This document shows positions 39,627-51,400 of a DNA stretch of 64,000 bases, one piece after another. The position numbers and the translations under genes were made by a program. The notes under the pieces are model-generated. The model had not been told where the DNA came from. It saw only the letters and a program-made list of their open reading frames with translations, and ran no database searches. This stretch comes from Thermoanaerobaculia bacterium (lineage in GTDB: Bacteria; Acidobacteriota; Thermoanaerobaculia; Multivoradales; UBA5704). The stretch lies in assembly GCA_044226625.1 (NCBI GenBank), contig JBGAGQ010000002.1, positions 1-64,000 on the forward strand, in the 5' to 3' direction. The stretch's first letter is position 1, and every line of letters begins with the position of its first letter.

Positions 39627-41567
39627 TCAGGGGAGCAGATAACCCCAGGGCCCGCGCCAGAACCGCCGGATCGAGAACGGTCGGCGGTCGCGCCGGACCT
39701 CGATGCGGTGAGCGCCCGCCGGCACCTCGAGGCCGAGGAACAGCACGTCGGCGCGGAACGAGCGGGCGGGCCGCCCGTCGACGAGCACGCGCCAGCGCGA
39801 GGTGTAGAGGTCGGTGAGCACCAGCCAGCCGCCGCCCGGGCTGGTGACGTCGGCCACCAACGCGTTGGGAGCGACCTGGCGGAGGACGACGGCTCCCCCT
39901 TCCGGCCGGCGCTCTTCGCCCTTCTCCTTCGCCGTTCCGATCCGCAGCAGCGTCGACCTCGGGTCGAAGCCGGGGGCGACGAGCGCCGCCGTCTCCTCGT
40001 GGAGCGAGCCCAGCGAGATCCTTCGGCTCACCAGCACTGCGGCCGGCAGCGGTTGGGGAAGGGAGGGGGCGGCCGGGGCCGCGCGGAGTTGGAACAGCCC
40101 CGGTCCGAACGCGGGCTCGGTGAGGAGGCCCTGGCGCGCGAGCGCCGCCCGAGTCTCCTCCTTCGGGCAGTAGCAGACGAGCGGCGTGCCCCGGGCGACC
40201 AGCTCGTCGCGGGCTCCGAGGCGGAACGGCTCCCCTCCCGAGAGATGACGGCGGAGCCGATCGGTGAGGAGCGGCACCGCGAGCCCCGCCTGGGGGACCG
40301 CCGCGAGCCGCAGGGCGCCGTCTTTCCTTCGCCAGATTTGGTACTGCAACGCCATGCTGCGCGGATAGTCGAACGAGACGAGGACGGCGTTCGACGGCAC
40401 CGCGTCGACGACCGCGGCGGTCTCGCGCTCGATCGCCGGGCTCTCGCGGGGAGGAATCGCCGCGCCGAACAGAACCGGAGAGATTGCCACGGCCGCCGCC
40501 GCCAGCGGGGAGAAAGCGCGCGAGGGGATGCGCTCGAGGCTTCGGTGCAGGCCGAGCGCGAGGGTCAGCCCGATCCCGAGGTGCACCGGCAGCAGAAACA
40601 CGTCGAGGTCGGGCACGGTGTAGAACCAGGTGAACCCGAGGTTTCCCGCGAGCAGGACCGCGATCGCCAACCGGTTCCGCCGATTCCCCCGGGCGGCGAA
40701 CCCGAGCAGTGCGAGCGCCAGCAGCCAGCCCTCGTTGTGCCAGAGATTCCGGGCGGTCCACGGGAGCCTCTCGCGGACGATCGTCTCGAGCTTGGGGAGC
40801 CCGACGTTCGCGCGATGTTGCGCGCCGGAGAGTCCGTCCCAGAGCTGCGCCGCGGAGCTCGCTTGCATCTCGATCGCCGAGGTGGCGGGGGCGTAGGTGC
40901 GCCAGACGACATAAGCGAACGGGGCGAGCGCGAGGACGGCGAACAGAGGAAGCCAGACGAGGAGACGGCGCCACGGGAGTGTTCGGAAGCCCGCGAGGAG
41001 GAGCAGGGCGGGAAAGCTGCAGACGATCGTCGGATGATGCGACAGGCCGAGCGACCCGAACGCACAAGCAGCCACCAACCAGGCCACCTTTCGATCGGCG
41101 CGAAACCGCAACAGGCAGAACAGGGCGCCCGCGATCCATTGCAGATGCAGCGGGTAGACCTCCGCCTCGGAGGCCGCGTTGCGGATCGCCGGCAGCATGC
41201 CGAACGCGGTGGCCGCCGCGAAGGTGGGGAGGCGGGCGGCGCCCATCGCCTCGGCCGAGCGGGCGAGAAGCGCAACCGTCGCCGCGATCGCGAGGGCGGA
41301 GACCAGGTTCGCCGATGCCGCCCAGGAAAGGAAGGGAAGGAGGCGGGACGCGAGGTGGAGCAGCAGGACGTAGACGGGGTAGCCGGGCGCATGCGCCGTT
41401 CCGAGCGTGGCCCCGATCAGCTGGAATTTCGCGGTGTCGGCGAGCCCCACGCCCGATTCGAGGCTCGCCCCGTAGACCCCGAAGCACAGGACGCCCGCGG
41501 CGAGAGGCGCGAGCCATGGGCCGCGCGAAAAGGGCTCGCCTGGAGTCGTGGGGGAGGGGTCGGACAT
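39627..41567 (-). CDS. DUF2723/TMEM260-like membrane glycosyltransferase with YfhO-like C-terminus
   Basis: 'DTAKFQ...GTAHAPGYPVY', 'AEVYPLH', 'GLSHHPT'; C-terminal 'WLVLTDLYTSRWRVLVDG...VPAGAHRIE'. Confidence 0.8.
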   Translation of the reverse strand: MSDPSPTTPGEPFSRGPWLAPLAAGVLCFGVYGASLESGVGLADTAKFQLIGATLGTAHAPGYPVYVLLLHLASRLLPFLSWAASANLVSALAIAATVALLARSAEAMGAARLPTFAAATAFGMLPAIRNAASEAEVYPLHLQWIAGALFCLLRFRADRKVAWLVAACAFGSLGLSHHPTIVCSFPALLLLAGFRTLPWRRLLVWLPLFAVLALAPFAYVVWRTYAPATSAIEMQASSAAQLWDGLSGAQHRANVGLPKLETIVRERLPWTARNLWHNEGWLLALALLGFAARGNRRNRLAIAVLLAGNLGFTWFYTVPDLDVFLLPVHLGIGLTLALGLHRSLERIPSRAFSPLAAAAVAISPVLFGAAIPPRESPAIERETAAVVDAVPSNAVLVSFDYPRSMALQYQIWRRKDGALRLAAVPQAGLAVPLLTDRLRRHLSGGEPFRLGARDELVARGTPLVCYCPKEETRAALARQGLLTEPAFGPGLFQLRAAPAAPSLPQPLPAAVLVSRRISLGSLHEETAALVAPGFDPRSTLLRIGTAKEKGEERRPEGGAVVLRQVAPNALVADVTSPGGGWLVLTDLYTSRWRVLVDGRPARSFRADVLFLGLEVPAGAHRIEVRRDRRPFSIRRFWRGPWGYLLP

Positions 41568-41655
41568 GGGGCGGGAGTGTACAGCGCCCCTGTGCTGCGA
41601 ACCGAGTCCGATGGTTCGTGGTTCGATCAGGCGATTCACGCCCTTCTGGTAAAGA

Positions 41656-42993
41656 ATGCGGGCCATGCTCTCTCGAACCCTGTCGGTCCTCTTCCCGTGG
41701 CTCCTCGTCGGCGCGATCGGCCTGCAGGCCGACGAGCCGCGGAGTCCTCGCCTCCAAGATCTTCAGAAAGCGATCGCCGCGGGTGATCCCTCGGCGCTCG
41801 CCCGGTTCTGGGCCCAAGTCGGCAAAGAGGGAACGCCTCTCGTGGAGCCCGCCGAAAGGGTTACCGGCGCAAGCTGGGAAGAGGAGCTGCTCGTCACCTA
41901 TCTCTATCGCGGTGGTGACGAGACGAGGAACGTCGTGCTCGTCGCCTCCGCCGCGGACCTCGCCACGGCCGAGGGGATCGACGCCGCCCGGCTCGAGCGG
42001 ATGGCCTTGACCGATCTCTGGTTCCTTTCGCGAAGGATGGGAAGCGATGCGCGCTTCGATTACTCCTTCTCGGTGAACGACAGCCTCGAGCCCTTGAGCC
42101 GCGCGACCCCGGAACAGGAGGAAGCGCGATTCGCCACGCTGATCCCCGATCCGTTGAACCCTCGACGGTCGGTCGATCCGCAGTCTTCCCTGGTCGAGCT
42201 GCCGAAGGCGCCGCCGCAGCCCTGGACCGAAGTCCGACCGGGAACGCCCAGGGGTGGCCTGGAGGAACGGACCCTCCGAAGCACCTGGCTCGACAACGAG
42301 CGGATCGTGCGGGTCTACACTCCTCCCGGCTACGACCCGAAGGGAGCCCCTTACCCGCTCGTGGTGTTCTTCGACGGCCGCACCTATACCGACGCGATCC
42401 CTACGCCGACGATTCTCGACAATCTCTTGGCCGCGCGGCGAATCGAGCCGCTCGTCGCGGTCTTCGTCGGAAATCCGAGCGCCGAGGCCCGTACCAACGA
42501 GCTATCCTGCAACCCTTGGTTCACGATGTTCTTACTCGACGATCTGGAACCTTTGATCCGGCAGGGCTGGAACGTCCAGATCGACCCCGCGCGCAGGGCG
42601 GTCGTCGGATCGAGTCTCGGAGGTCTGGCGGCCGCCTGCATGGCCTTCTTCTCTCCGGGCGACTTCGGGAACGTGCTCACGATGTCGGGCTCGTTTTATT
42701 GGCAGTTTCTCGGCGAAGCCGAGCCCGAAAGTCTTGTCCGCAGGGTCGCGCAAGCGGGGAAAGAGAGAGTCCGCTTCTACATCGAAGCGGGGAAGATGGA
42801 AGACCGCCCGCGGCCGAACAGCCCGAGCCTTCTCACCTCGAACCGTCATCTGCGCGACGTCCTGATCGCGAAGGGATACTCGGTCGAGTATCACGAGTTC
42901 AACGGCGGCCATTCGATCCTCAATTGGCGGGGGTCGGTCGCGAATGGGCTCGAAGCGCTGTTTCCCGCGCGCGACCGGCCGGTCACCCCCTAG
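41656..42993 (+). CDS. Fes-like (enterochelin esterase family) alpha/beta hydrolase, exported
   Basis: Signal peptide; N-terminal Fes domain 'VTYLYRG...IPDPLNP'; 'VYTPPGY', 'GSSLGG', 'EFNGGH'. Confidence 0.88.
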   Translation: MRAMLSRTLSVLFPWLLVGAIGLQADEPRSPRLQDLQKAIAAGDPSALARFWAQVGKEGTPLVEPAERVTGASWEEELLVTYLYRGGDETRNVVLVASAADLATAEGIDAARLERMALTDLWFLSRRMGSDARFDYSFSVNDSLEPLSRATPEQEEARFATLIPDPLNPRRSVDPQSSLVELPKAPPQPWTEVRPGTPRGGLEERTLRSTWLDNERIVRVYTPPGYDPKGAPYPLVVFFDGRTYTDAIPTPTILDNLLAARRIEPLVAVFVGNPSAEARTNELSCNPWFTMFLLDDLEPLIRQGWNVQIDPARRAVVGSSLGGLAAACMAFFSPGDFGNVLTMSGSFYWQFLGEAEPESLVRRVAQAGKERVRFYIEAGKMEDRPRPNSPSLLTSNRHLRDVLIAKGYSVEYHEFNGGHSILNWRGSVANGLEALFPARDRPVTP

Positions 42994-43140
42994 CTCCACC
43001 CCCAGCTTTCGGGGCGCACGGAAAGAAGAAGTTTCATGCGCTCCCAATCGTGCAGGCTTTGTGATCCATTTTCCCGCCGCTTCTCGCCTTGGGACTCAAT
43101 GGGGTTTCACATCGAGACCGTCTCTCGAGGGAAGGATCCA

Positions 43141-46100
43141 ATGCGTTCGATGGGATCGGCTGGGGTTCGATCGTTTTTGACGTTGTGCTGTCTCTTCGTG
43201 GCGACGGCCCTTTCGGGCCAGTCGGTCGCTTTCCTCGACGCACAGGGACTGCCGTTCACGGCGCCCTATCTCGAAGGGTCGCGCGCCTATCTTCGGGTGG
43301 TCGATCCGGGTGCTTCCGGCACGGTGGCGCTCTCGGTTTCGGCGGTCCGCTCCGGTGACTTCGAGCCCGTGCTGCTCGGCGAGACCGGCCTCGGCACGGG
43401 GGTGTTCGAAGGCTGGATCTCCCTCTCGATCGGCGCGCCGGCCGCGGACGGACTGCTCCAAACCTCGCGCGACGCGAGCCAGTATCCATGGACCTTCGAC
43501 GACCTCGTCGCCACCTACGGCGGATCGAGCGCGGGCGCGGCGACGGTCGGCTCGACCGTGGTGACGCTCGATGGGGGCGGGGCGACGGTCGCGAGCTTCC
43601 GGGTCGGCGAGCTGATCTACGTGCGGGTCGCCGACGCTTTGCGCGACTCGACCCCCGGAAACGACACCGCCGTCGTGACGCTCTCGACCACCGTCGGCTC
43701 GTGGAGCGAGTACGAGGATCTCGTCCTCACCGAGAGCGGCGGCGACACCGGGATCTTCGTCGGGGCGATCCAGACCGCCCCTGGCGATCAGCCGGTACAG
43801 AACGACGGCACCTTGGTGGTCCGTCCGGGCGCCGCAGTTTGGGTTCAGCACGACGACGCGAACGGCGAGACCTACTCCGCGCTCCAGCTTTCGATTCTGC
43901 CGAATGAACCGCTCACTCTCTCGTTCGTCGACGCCCCGGGCCAGCCGGCCGGGACGTTTCAGGAGTTCGGCCCGGTCGAGCTCCGGGCGACCGACAGCGA
44001 TCTGGCGGGGCAGTGGTGGGGAGTCACGGTACGGACCTCTTCCGACCTGCGCGGCGACGAGGAGTTCGTGGAGCTCCACGAAGAACCCTTCTTCTCCGGG
44101 ATCTTTCGCGGCGTGGTGACGCTCGGAGGGCGCCTCGCCGGAGCGCCGACGGCGAACGACGGCTTGCTCGAAGTGACGGAGATCGCCGGCACTTCCGTTC
44201 AGCGCGACACGATTCGCGCCGAGCTGCTCGATTGCTCGGCGCCTCCTTGCCCGACCGCGACCGCATCGATGACCGGAAGCTCGCTGCGGATCTCCGACGC
44301 CCTGGGCGCCGACCTCGATTCGATCGTCCCGCCGCGCTCGATCACGTTCGAAGCGCGCGACCGTTCGGTGCCGTTCGACGCGCCGGTCACGGCGACGATT
44401 TCAAGCCAGGGCGATTCCGAGACGTTGAACCTGGTGCCCGCCTGGCAAGATCCCGTGGCACCGCAACTAGGCCGGTTTCGCGGCAGCTTGCAGGTCGAGA
44501 TCGGGAGCGCCGTGCCGGGCGACGGCCGCCTTCAAGTCTTGGCCGAAGACGTCGTCCTCGCGAGTCGGCCCGACCCGCTCGGTCTGACCGTGGCGACCGA
44601 CCAAGCGGTCGTGGCCGCGGGCGGCGAGAATCAGCCTCCCGTTGCGACGGGCGACTTCGCGATCACCGACGAGGACACGGTGCTCACGATCTCTCTGCTC
44701 GGCAACGACCTCGACCCCGAAGGGCAGCCGATCACGCTCGACGCGCTGTTCCCGCCGAGCCGCGGTACCGCGACGATCGTCGACCCCGCGGCGGGGACCG
44801 TGCTCTACACACCGGACCCGAACGCCAACGGACTCGATTCTTTCGTCTATCGGATCCGGGATTCCGAAGGAGCGACCGGCCTCGGCTACGTCGACGTCAC
44901 GATCCGGTCGGTGAACGATCCGCCGGTCGCGTCGAACGACGCGGTCACGACGGCCGAGGACACGCTGGTGTCGGTCTACCCGCTCGCAAACGACGCCGAC
45001 CCGGAAGGAGACACGCTCTGGATCTCCTCGGTCCAGCAGGGCGCCCACGGCCAAGTCGGCGCGACGGCGACGATGTTCAACTACCTGCCCGCCGCCAACT
45101 ACAACGGCACCGAAACCTTGACGTACACCATGAACGACGGTAACGGCGGAACCTCCTCGGCGACAGTGACGATCACGATCACGCCGGTGCCCGATCCTCC
45201 GGTCGCGGTCGTCGACAACGTAACGTTTGCCGAGGATACGGTCGCGACGATCAGTCCGTTGCTGAACGACCTCGATCCGGACGGCGACTCGATCGTCCTC
45301 CTTTCGGTGACGACCGCGTTCCATGGCACGCTCGCGCTTACCGGCATTGGGACGGTGACCTACACGCCGGTCGCGAACTACAGCGGCACCGATCGTTTCG
45401 ATTACACGATCCAGGATTCGACCGGTCGAACCGCGACCGCTCGGGTGAACCTCACCCTCACGCCGGTGAACGATCCGCCCGACGCGGTGAACGACAGCGT
45501 GAGCGTGAACGAGGACGGCTCGACGACGGTGTTCGTGAAGAGCAACGACACGGATCCGGACGGCGATCTCACGTTCATCCAGAGCGTCACCCAGGGAGCC
45601 CACGGCGCGGTCGTGCTTTCGGGCGGCCTGCCGGTCTATACCCCGACGCCAAACTATTTCGGGCCGGATGCCTTCACCTACACCTTGAGCGACGGCAAGG
45701 GAGGGACCGACGCCGCGACGGTCTCGGTCACGGTAAATCCCGTTCCCGACGGGCCGATCGGCGTGGCCGACGCGGCCTCGACTCCGGAAGACACGTCCGT
45801 GGTGGTGAACGTGCTCGCGAACGACAGCGACGCGGACGGCAACACCCTCACGGTATTTGGCGTCACGCAGCCCGCCCACGGTTCGGCGAACTTCACATCG
45901 AGCAGCGTCCGCTACGTCCCGAGCGCCAACTACAGCGGACCGGACACGTTCACCTATTCGATCAACGACGGGACCGGACGCTCGTACCTCGGCATTACCG
46001 TGTCGATCACCGTGACGCCGGTGAACGACCCGCCGATCGCGGGGAACGATGCCGCGTCGGTGGCCGAGGATGGTTCCGTGGGCGTACCGGTGCTAGCAAA

Positions 46101-48201
46101 CGATAGCGATCTCGACGGCGACACGCTCGTCGTGACCGCCGTGACGCAGGGCGCGCACGGTACGGTGAGCTTTGCGGGCGGCTCGGTGACGTATGTCCCT
46201 TCGGCGAACTACAGCGGTGGGGATTCGTTCGCCTACACGATCGGCGACGGCAACGGTGGGAGCGGGACGGCGACGGTTTCGGTGACGGTGACCGCGGTGA
46301 ACGACTCACCGAATGGAGGGGACGATTTCGCATCGGTCGCCGAGGATGGCTCCACGAGCGTCTCCGTGCTCGCGAACGATTCGGACGCTGACGGCGACAC
46401 GCTCGTGGTGACCGCCGTGACGCAGGGCGTGCACGGTACGGTGAGCTTTACGGGCGCCTCGGTGACTTATATCCCTTCGGCGAATTACAACGGTGGGGAT
46501 ACGTTCACCTACACGATCGTCGACGGGAACGGTGGGAGCGCGACGGCGACGGTCTCGGTGACAGTGACCGCCGTGAACGACTCACCGAATGGAGGGGACG
46601 ATTTCGTGTCGGTGGCCGAGGATGGTTCCGCCAGCGTTTCGGTGCTCGGGAACGATTCGGACCCCGACGGCGACACGCTGGTGGTGACCGCTGTGACGCA
46701 GAGCGCGCACGGTACGGTGAGCTTTGCGGGCGGCTTGGTCACCTATATCCCTTCGGCGAACTACAACGGCTCGGATTCGTTCACCTACACGATAAGCGAC
46801 GGCAATGGTGGTGCTTCGACGGCGACGGTGTCGATCATGGTGACCGCGGCAAACGACGCACCGCTTGCAGGGAATGACGTGGCCTCAGTGGTAGAAGACG
46901 GCTCGGTCAACGTCGCCGTTCTTGCGAACGACTCGGATTTAGAGGGCGATTCGCTCACGATGACCGCGGTCTCGCAGCCCGCGCACGGCACGGTGAGCTT
47001 TGCGGGCGGCTCGGTGACCTACGTCCCGTCGGCGAACTACAACGGCTCGGATTCGTTTACCTACACGATTTCCGATGGCCAGGGCGGAGCGGCGAACGGC
47101 ACGGTTTCGGTGACGGTCAGCTCCGTGAACGACCCGCCGGATGCGGTGAACGATTCGGCGACGCTCAACGAGGCGAGCGGGGGTATTGCGCTGGCGGTGC
47201 TCGCGAACGATTCCGATCTCGACGGGGCTTTGACGGTGGTGAGCGTTTCGACCCCCGCCCATGGAACCGCGACGCGCAACGCGGACAACACGATCACCTA
47301 CGTGCCGGTCGCGAGCTACAGCGGCCCGGACGTCTTCACCTACACGGTCAGCGATAGATTCGTGACGGACACGGCGACGGTGGCGATCCAGGTCAAGGAC
47401 GTGATCGGTCGAGTCGCGCTGCTCGCGACCCACAGCGTGTGGATGCAGATCGGTTCGGATTTGCTGTCCGGGGACATCGTCGCCAACGAGGTCGGGGCCG
47501 CGCCGTTCTTGAACGTTACGGAGGTGAGCATCGCCGGGAGCGCGACGACCGCGGCCGGCTGGGACGTGATCGGCAACCGGGTAACGATCGCGGCTGGAGC
47601 CACGGTGGCGAGCGACGTCTACTCGAACCAGCTGTTCAATACCGGGACGGTGAACGGCTCGCTCTACTCGCCGCCGGCGCTGCCGGTTTTCGTTCCGCTT
47701 CCGTCTTTCCAAGCCTCGAGCCCTGGCACGACCGACGTGAGCGTCGCAACGAACGGCACGCGCACGCTCGCGCCGGGGAGCTACCGCGATTTGATCGTGG
47801 GCAAGCGCGGGACCGTCACGTTCACCGGCGGTATCTACCACTTCAGGAACATCACCCTGTCGGGAAGTGAGGCGAAGCTCTACTTCTCCGCTGCGAGCGA
47901 GGTACGGGTCCAGAACAAGATCAGCACGAACAGCCTAGCGGTCATCAAGCCGGCGACCGGGGCCCCGATCACCGCCTCCTCGATCGTCTTTTACGTCGGG
48001 GGTATCAACGGGACCGCAGGCGGTCTCACCGAGGCCCCGAAAGCGGTGGAGATCGGGATCGACAGCCTCTTCTCGGCCAACCTCTATGTACCGAACGGCT
48101 CGATCTGGCTCAAGGACCGGACGCTCGCGACCGGCGCCTTCGTTGGCAAGGACGTTCGAGTGGGGCCGGATGTCCAGGTGACGTTGAACAGCGCCTGGTA
48201 G
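43141..48201 (+). CDS. Large secreted adhesin/surface protein with 10 cadherin-like (tandem-95/Big_9) repeats
   Basis: Signal peptide; 10 repeats of 'NDPPxAxxD...EDxxxxxxVLxNDxDxDGD...YxPxxNYxGxDxFxYTxxDG'; beta-rich C-terminal head. Confidence 0.88.
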   Translation: MRSMGSAGVRSFLTLCCLFVATALSGQSVAFLDAQGLPFTAPYLEGSRAYLRVVDPGASGTVALSVSAVRSGDFEPVLLGETGLGTGVFEGWISLSIGAPAADGLLQTSRDASQYPWTFDDLVATYGGSSAGAATVGSTVVTLDGGGATVASFRVGELIYVRVADALRDSTPGNDTAVVTLSTTVGSWSEYEDLVLTESGGDTGIFVGAIQTAPGDQPVQNDGTLVVRPGAAVWVQHDDANGETYSALQLSILPNEPLTLSFVDAPGQPAGTFQEFGPVELRATDSDLAGQWWGVTVRTSSDLRGDEEFVELHEEPFFSGIFRGVVTLGGRLAGAPTANDGLLEVTEIAGTSVQRDTIRAELLDCSAPPCPTATASMTGSSLRISDALGADLDSIVPPRSITFEARDRSVPFDAPVTATISSQGDSETLNLVPAWQDPVAPQLGRFRGSLQVEIGSAVPGDGRLQVLAEDVVLASRPDPLGLTVATDQAVVAAGGENQPPVATGDFAITDEDTVLTISLLGNDLDPEGQPITLDALFPPSRGTATIVDPAAGTVLYTPDPNANGLDSFVYRIRDSEGATGLGYVDVTIRSVNDPPVASNDAVTTAEDTLVSVYPLANDADPEGDTLWISSVQQGAHGQVGATATMFNYLPAANYNGTETLTYTMNDGNGGTSSATVTITITPVPDPPVAVVDNVTFAEDTVATISPLLNDLDPDGDSIVLLSVTTAFHGTLALTGIGTVTYTPVANYSGTDRFDYTIQDSTGRTATARVNLTLTPVNDPPDAVNDSVSVNEDGSTTVFVKSNDTDPDGDLTFIQSVTQGAHGAVVLSGGLPVYTPTPNYFGPDAFTYTLSDGKGGTDAATVSVTVNPVPDGPIGVADAASTPEDTSVVVNVLANDSDADGNTLTVFGVTQPAHGSANFTSSSVRYVPSANYSGPDTFTYSINDGTGRSYLGITVSITVTPVNDPPIAGNDAASVAEDGSVGVPVLANDSDLDGDTLVVTAVTQGAHGTVSFAGGSVTYVPSANYSGGDSFAYTIGDGNGGSGTATVSVTVTAVNDSPNGGDDFASVAEDGSTSVSVLANDSDADGDTLVVTAVTQGVHGTVSFTGASVTYIPSANYNGGDTFTYTIVDGNGGSATATVSVTVTAVNDSPNGGDDFVSVAEDGSASVSVLGNDSDPDGDTLVVTAVTQSAHGTVSFAGGLVTYIPSANYNGSDSFTYTISDGNGGASTATVSIMVTAANDAPLAGNDVASVVEDGSVNVAVLANDSDLEGDSLTMTAVSQPAHGTVSFAGGSVTYVPSANYNGSDSFTYTISDGQGGAANGTVSVTVSSVNDPPDAVNDSATLNEASGGIALAVLANDSDLDGALTVVSVSTPAHGTATRNADNTITYVPVASYSGPDVFTYTVSDRFVTDTATVAIQVKDVIGRVALLATHSVWMQIGSDLLSGDIVANEVGAAPFLNVTEVSIAGSATTAAGWDVIGNRVTIAAGATVASDVYSNQLFNTGTVNGSLYSPPALPVFVPLPSFQASSPGTTDVSVATNGTRTLAPGSYRDLIVGKRGTVTFTGGIYHFRNITLSGSEAKLYFSAASEVRVQNKISTNSLAVIKPATGAPITASSIVFYVGGINGTAGGLTEAPKAVEIGIDSLFSANLYVPNGSIWLKDRTLATGAFVGKDVRVGPDVQVTLNSAW
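46021..47124 (+). repeat. Four highly similar 276-nt intragenic tandem repeats
   Basis: Units start at 46021, 46297, 46573 and 46849 and share long identical stretches (e.g. GACTCACCGAATGGAGGGGACGATTTCG in two units). Confidence 0.85.
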
Positions 48202-48485
48202 CGGCCTTCGGGGGTGCGGGCCGTCGAAGAGCCCGGACCGCCATCCTGGGCAGATTTGAGGGTCCGACGTCGGGCCACCTCTTCCTCGGAGGTGGCCCGG
48301 TGGGGCGAATCTCACACCCCTCCTCGCGTTCGGTGTCCCATCCATCAAGGCGAACCTCCTCGCACCGTCTGGGTTGAATCTCGGCGCATGCGAAGGTGGC
48401 ACGAATTGGGCAAGAATTCGATAGCAATCGAATTCCTCGTCGAGGTACCGTCGGGTCTTCTTTGTCGTATTGGAGGGTGTCTTAG

Positions 48486-51400
48486 ATGCCGGGGAGTGGG
48501 GCGTGGTCATTCGCGGGCCGTCACTTCGGGAGGACGGCGCTGTTCATTCTCGGTTCGGCAAGGATCTTTATGGGAGTCGGTGCGTCAGCCCAGACGGTCT
48601 CACTCCCCGCGACGGCCGACACCTATCTGCGCCAGAGCGCGGCGAACCAGAACCAGGGCCAGGACGTCCTGCTGCACATCCAGCAGAGCGGACACAACCG
48701 GACGCTCGTGGCGATGGACCCCGCTGCGATCGCGGCGGCGGTGGGTACGGGCCATTTGGCCTCGGCGACGCTCGAGCTCTACGTCACCGACAGTACGGCC
48801 TGGGGGACGGCGGGCCGCACGGTCGAGCTCCATCGGATGACGGCGTCTTGGACCGAGAACGGCGCGACCTGGAACTGCGCGGTCGACACGAATCCCGCCA
48901 ACGGCGCGCCGAACTGCTCGACGCAGTGGGATGGCGGGACGTTCGACGACGAGCCGACCGATTCGGTCCTCCACGTCAATACGACGAGCGGCTACGTCGC
49001 CTGGAACGTGACGGAGGACGTTCGGTCGTTCCTCGCCGGGACGCCGAACTACGGCTGGCTCGCCAAGCTCTCGGACGAAACGCTCGGTGGCAACGTGGAT
49101 TACGCGTCGCGGCAGGGGAGCGTGGCCGTCCAGCGTCCGCGGTTGGTGCTGGTGGTCGAAAGCCCTGCTTTCGATCAGGTGCCGCCCACGATCGCGATCG
49201 AGAGCCCTGTCCATCCCTTCGTGATCAACGACACGACGCCCGCGATCTCGATCGCCTACGCCGATTTCGGCAGCGGACTCGCGCTCACGACTCTCGACGT
49301 GAAGGTGGACGGCGTGGCGGCGGTTTGCACGGCGGGCGCTTCGTCGGCGAGCTGCGAGCCGGCGACGCTCGGCGAGGGAGCGCACACGATCGTCGCCACG
49401 GTGCGCGACGTGGCGGGGAACGAAGCGACCGCGACGCGCGGCTTCACCCTGCTGATCGGTCCCGGTCTGCGGACGGCGACGTTTGTCGCGACGGCCGACA
49501 CGACGCTCAAGAAGAGCTCGGCGAACCAGAACTACGGAGATGAGCCGACGCTGCGGCTGCGGCAGAGCGGCAAGAACCGTTCGATCGTGCGATTCGGGAC
49601 GGCCGAGGTGTTGCAGCTGGTGAACCAGGGGACGCTTCGCTCGGCGAGCCTCGAGCTTTTTCTCGGCGTAAGCAGCGGCTGGGGCAAGAGCGGCCGAAAC
49701 GTCGATGCCCACCGGCTGACCGCGGATTGGAGCGAGGGGGGAGCGACCTGGAACTGCGCGATCGATTCGATCCCGAGCAACGGCGCGCCGAACTGCGCGA
49801 CGCAATGGGTCGGTGGCACGTTCGCCGCGGCGCCGACGGCGACGGTACTGCACACCAACGGCCAGTCCGGAACCGTCTCTTTCGACGTCACCGCGGATCT
49901 CGCGGCGGTCGTGGCGGGAGGAACCGACTTCGGCTGGTTGGTGAAGAAGACCGACGAGACGAAGAGCGGCAAGGCGGATTACGCGTCGCGGGAAGCGGGA
50001 GCCGCGACCGCGCCCCGGCTGGTGGTGCTGTTCGAGGTGCCGTCCGGGGGCGACGCCACGCCGCCCGACATCGCGATCGTGCGCCCGGCCGGTACGGTTT
50101 ACAACCAGCATCCGGTGGTCGTCGGCCTGCGCCTCGCCGACGCGGGGTCGGGGATCGACTTCGAAAGTCTCACGGTATCCGTGGGTGGAGTCGACGTCTC
50201 GTCGTACTGCGGTGGCACGGCAGAGGGCTCGGAGTGTCGGTTCTCCGCTCCGGCGCCGGGTCCTCTCGAAATCGCGGCGAGCGTTCGCGATCGAGCCGGC
50301 AACTCGGCTTCGGCTTCGGCCACGTTCGATCTGGTCGACGACCCGAGCCCTCCGGCGATAGACGTCGTCTCGCCGCTTTCGACTTCCCTCACCGAGGGGG
50401 AGATTCCCGCGACGTTCGAGGTGAGCCTCGACGACGCCGGTTCGGGGATCGCACCGGGAAGTTTCGTGGTCACGCTCGATGGCTCCGACCTCTCGGGGTG
50501 CACCCTCGAAACCGCCGGTGCCTCCTGCGCTTTGCCGTCGAATCTCGGCTTGGGAGGGCATCCGCTCGAAGCTTTCGTCCGCGACCGCGCCGACAACCAA
50601 TCCTCCGTCTTCCTGGAGCTCAACGTCGGACCCGAGCCCCACGCGCCAGAGATCGCGGTGACCGGTCCCACCGGGGATCTGATCCACGGACGGACGTTGC
50701 CGGAGCTGGTCATCGAGTACGCAGACGCGCAGAGCGGCATCGACCCCACCTCGTTCCGCCTCGAAGTGGACGGCGTCGAGGCGACCGCCGGATGCGCGGC
50801 CGGTCCGACGTCGGCGACCTGCCCGTCGCGACCGCTCGATCCAGGTCGCCATTCGATCGTCGCCGCGATCTCCGATCACCGCGGCAACGTGGGCTCCGCG
50901 AATCGACAGCTGGAGCTCTCGATCGAGCTTGCGGTTTCGATCACCGAACCGTCGGAAGCGATGTTGGTCCGCAGCGAGACCGTTCGCTTGGCGGGAACCG
51001 TCTCGCCGCTCGCCACGTCGGTGACGGTCGGCTCGATCCCGGCGAGCCTGTCCGGCGGTACCTGGGTGGTCGAGAACCTGCCGTTGCGGGAAGGGGGCAA
51101 CACTCTCACGGTCGTCGCCCGCTCTCCCGCGGGCGGGATCGGATCGGCGACGGCGACGGTGGTCCGAGATACCGAGGCGCCGCGGGTGGTCATCCAGTCG
51201 CCTGCGGACGGCTCGATCTCGTCGGCAGCCGAGGTCTTCGTGAGTGGCGAGGTCATCGATCCCGCTTCGAGCAACGTCGAGCATCCGCCGCTCACCGTGA
51301 CGGTCAACGGCGAGCCCGCGACGGTCGACCTGCGAAGCTTCGTCCTGCCCGAGGAGCTGCTTCATCCGGGCGAGAATCGGATCGAGGTCGAGGCGACGGA

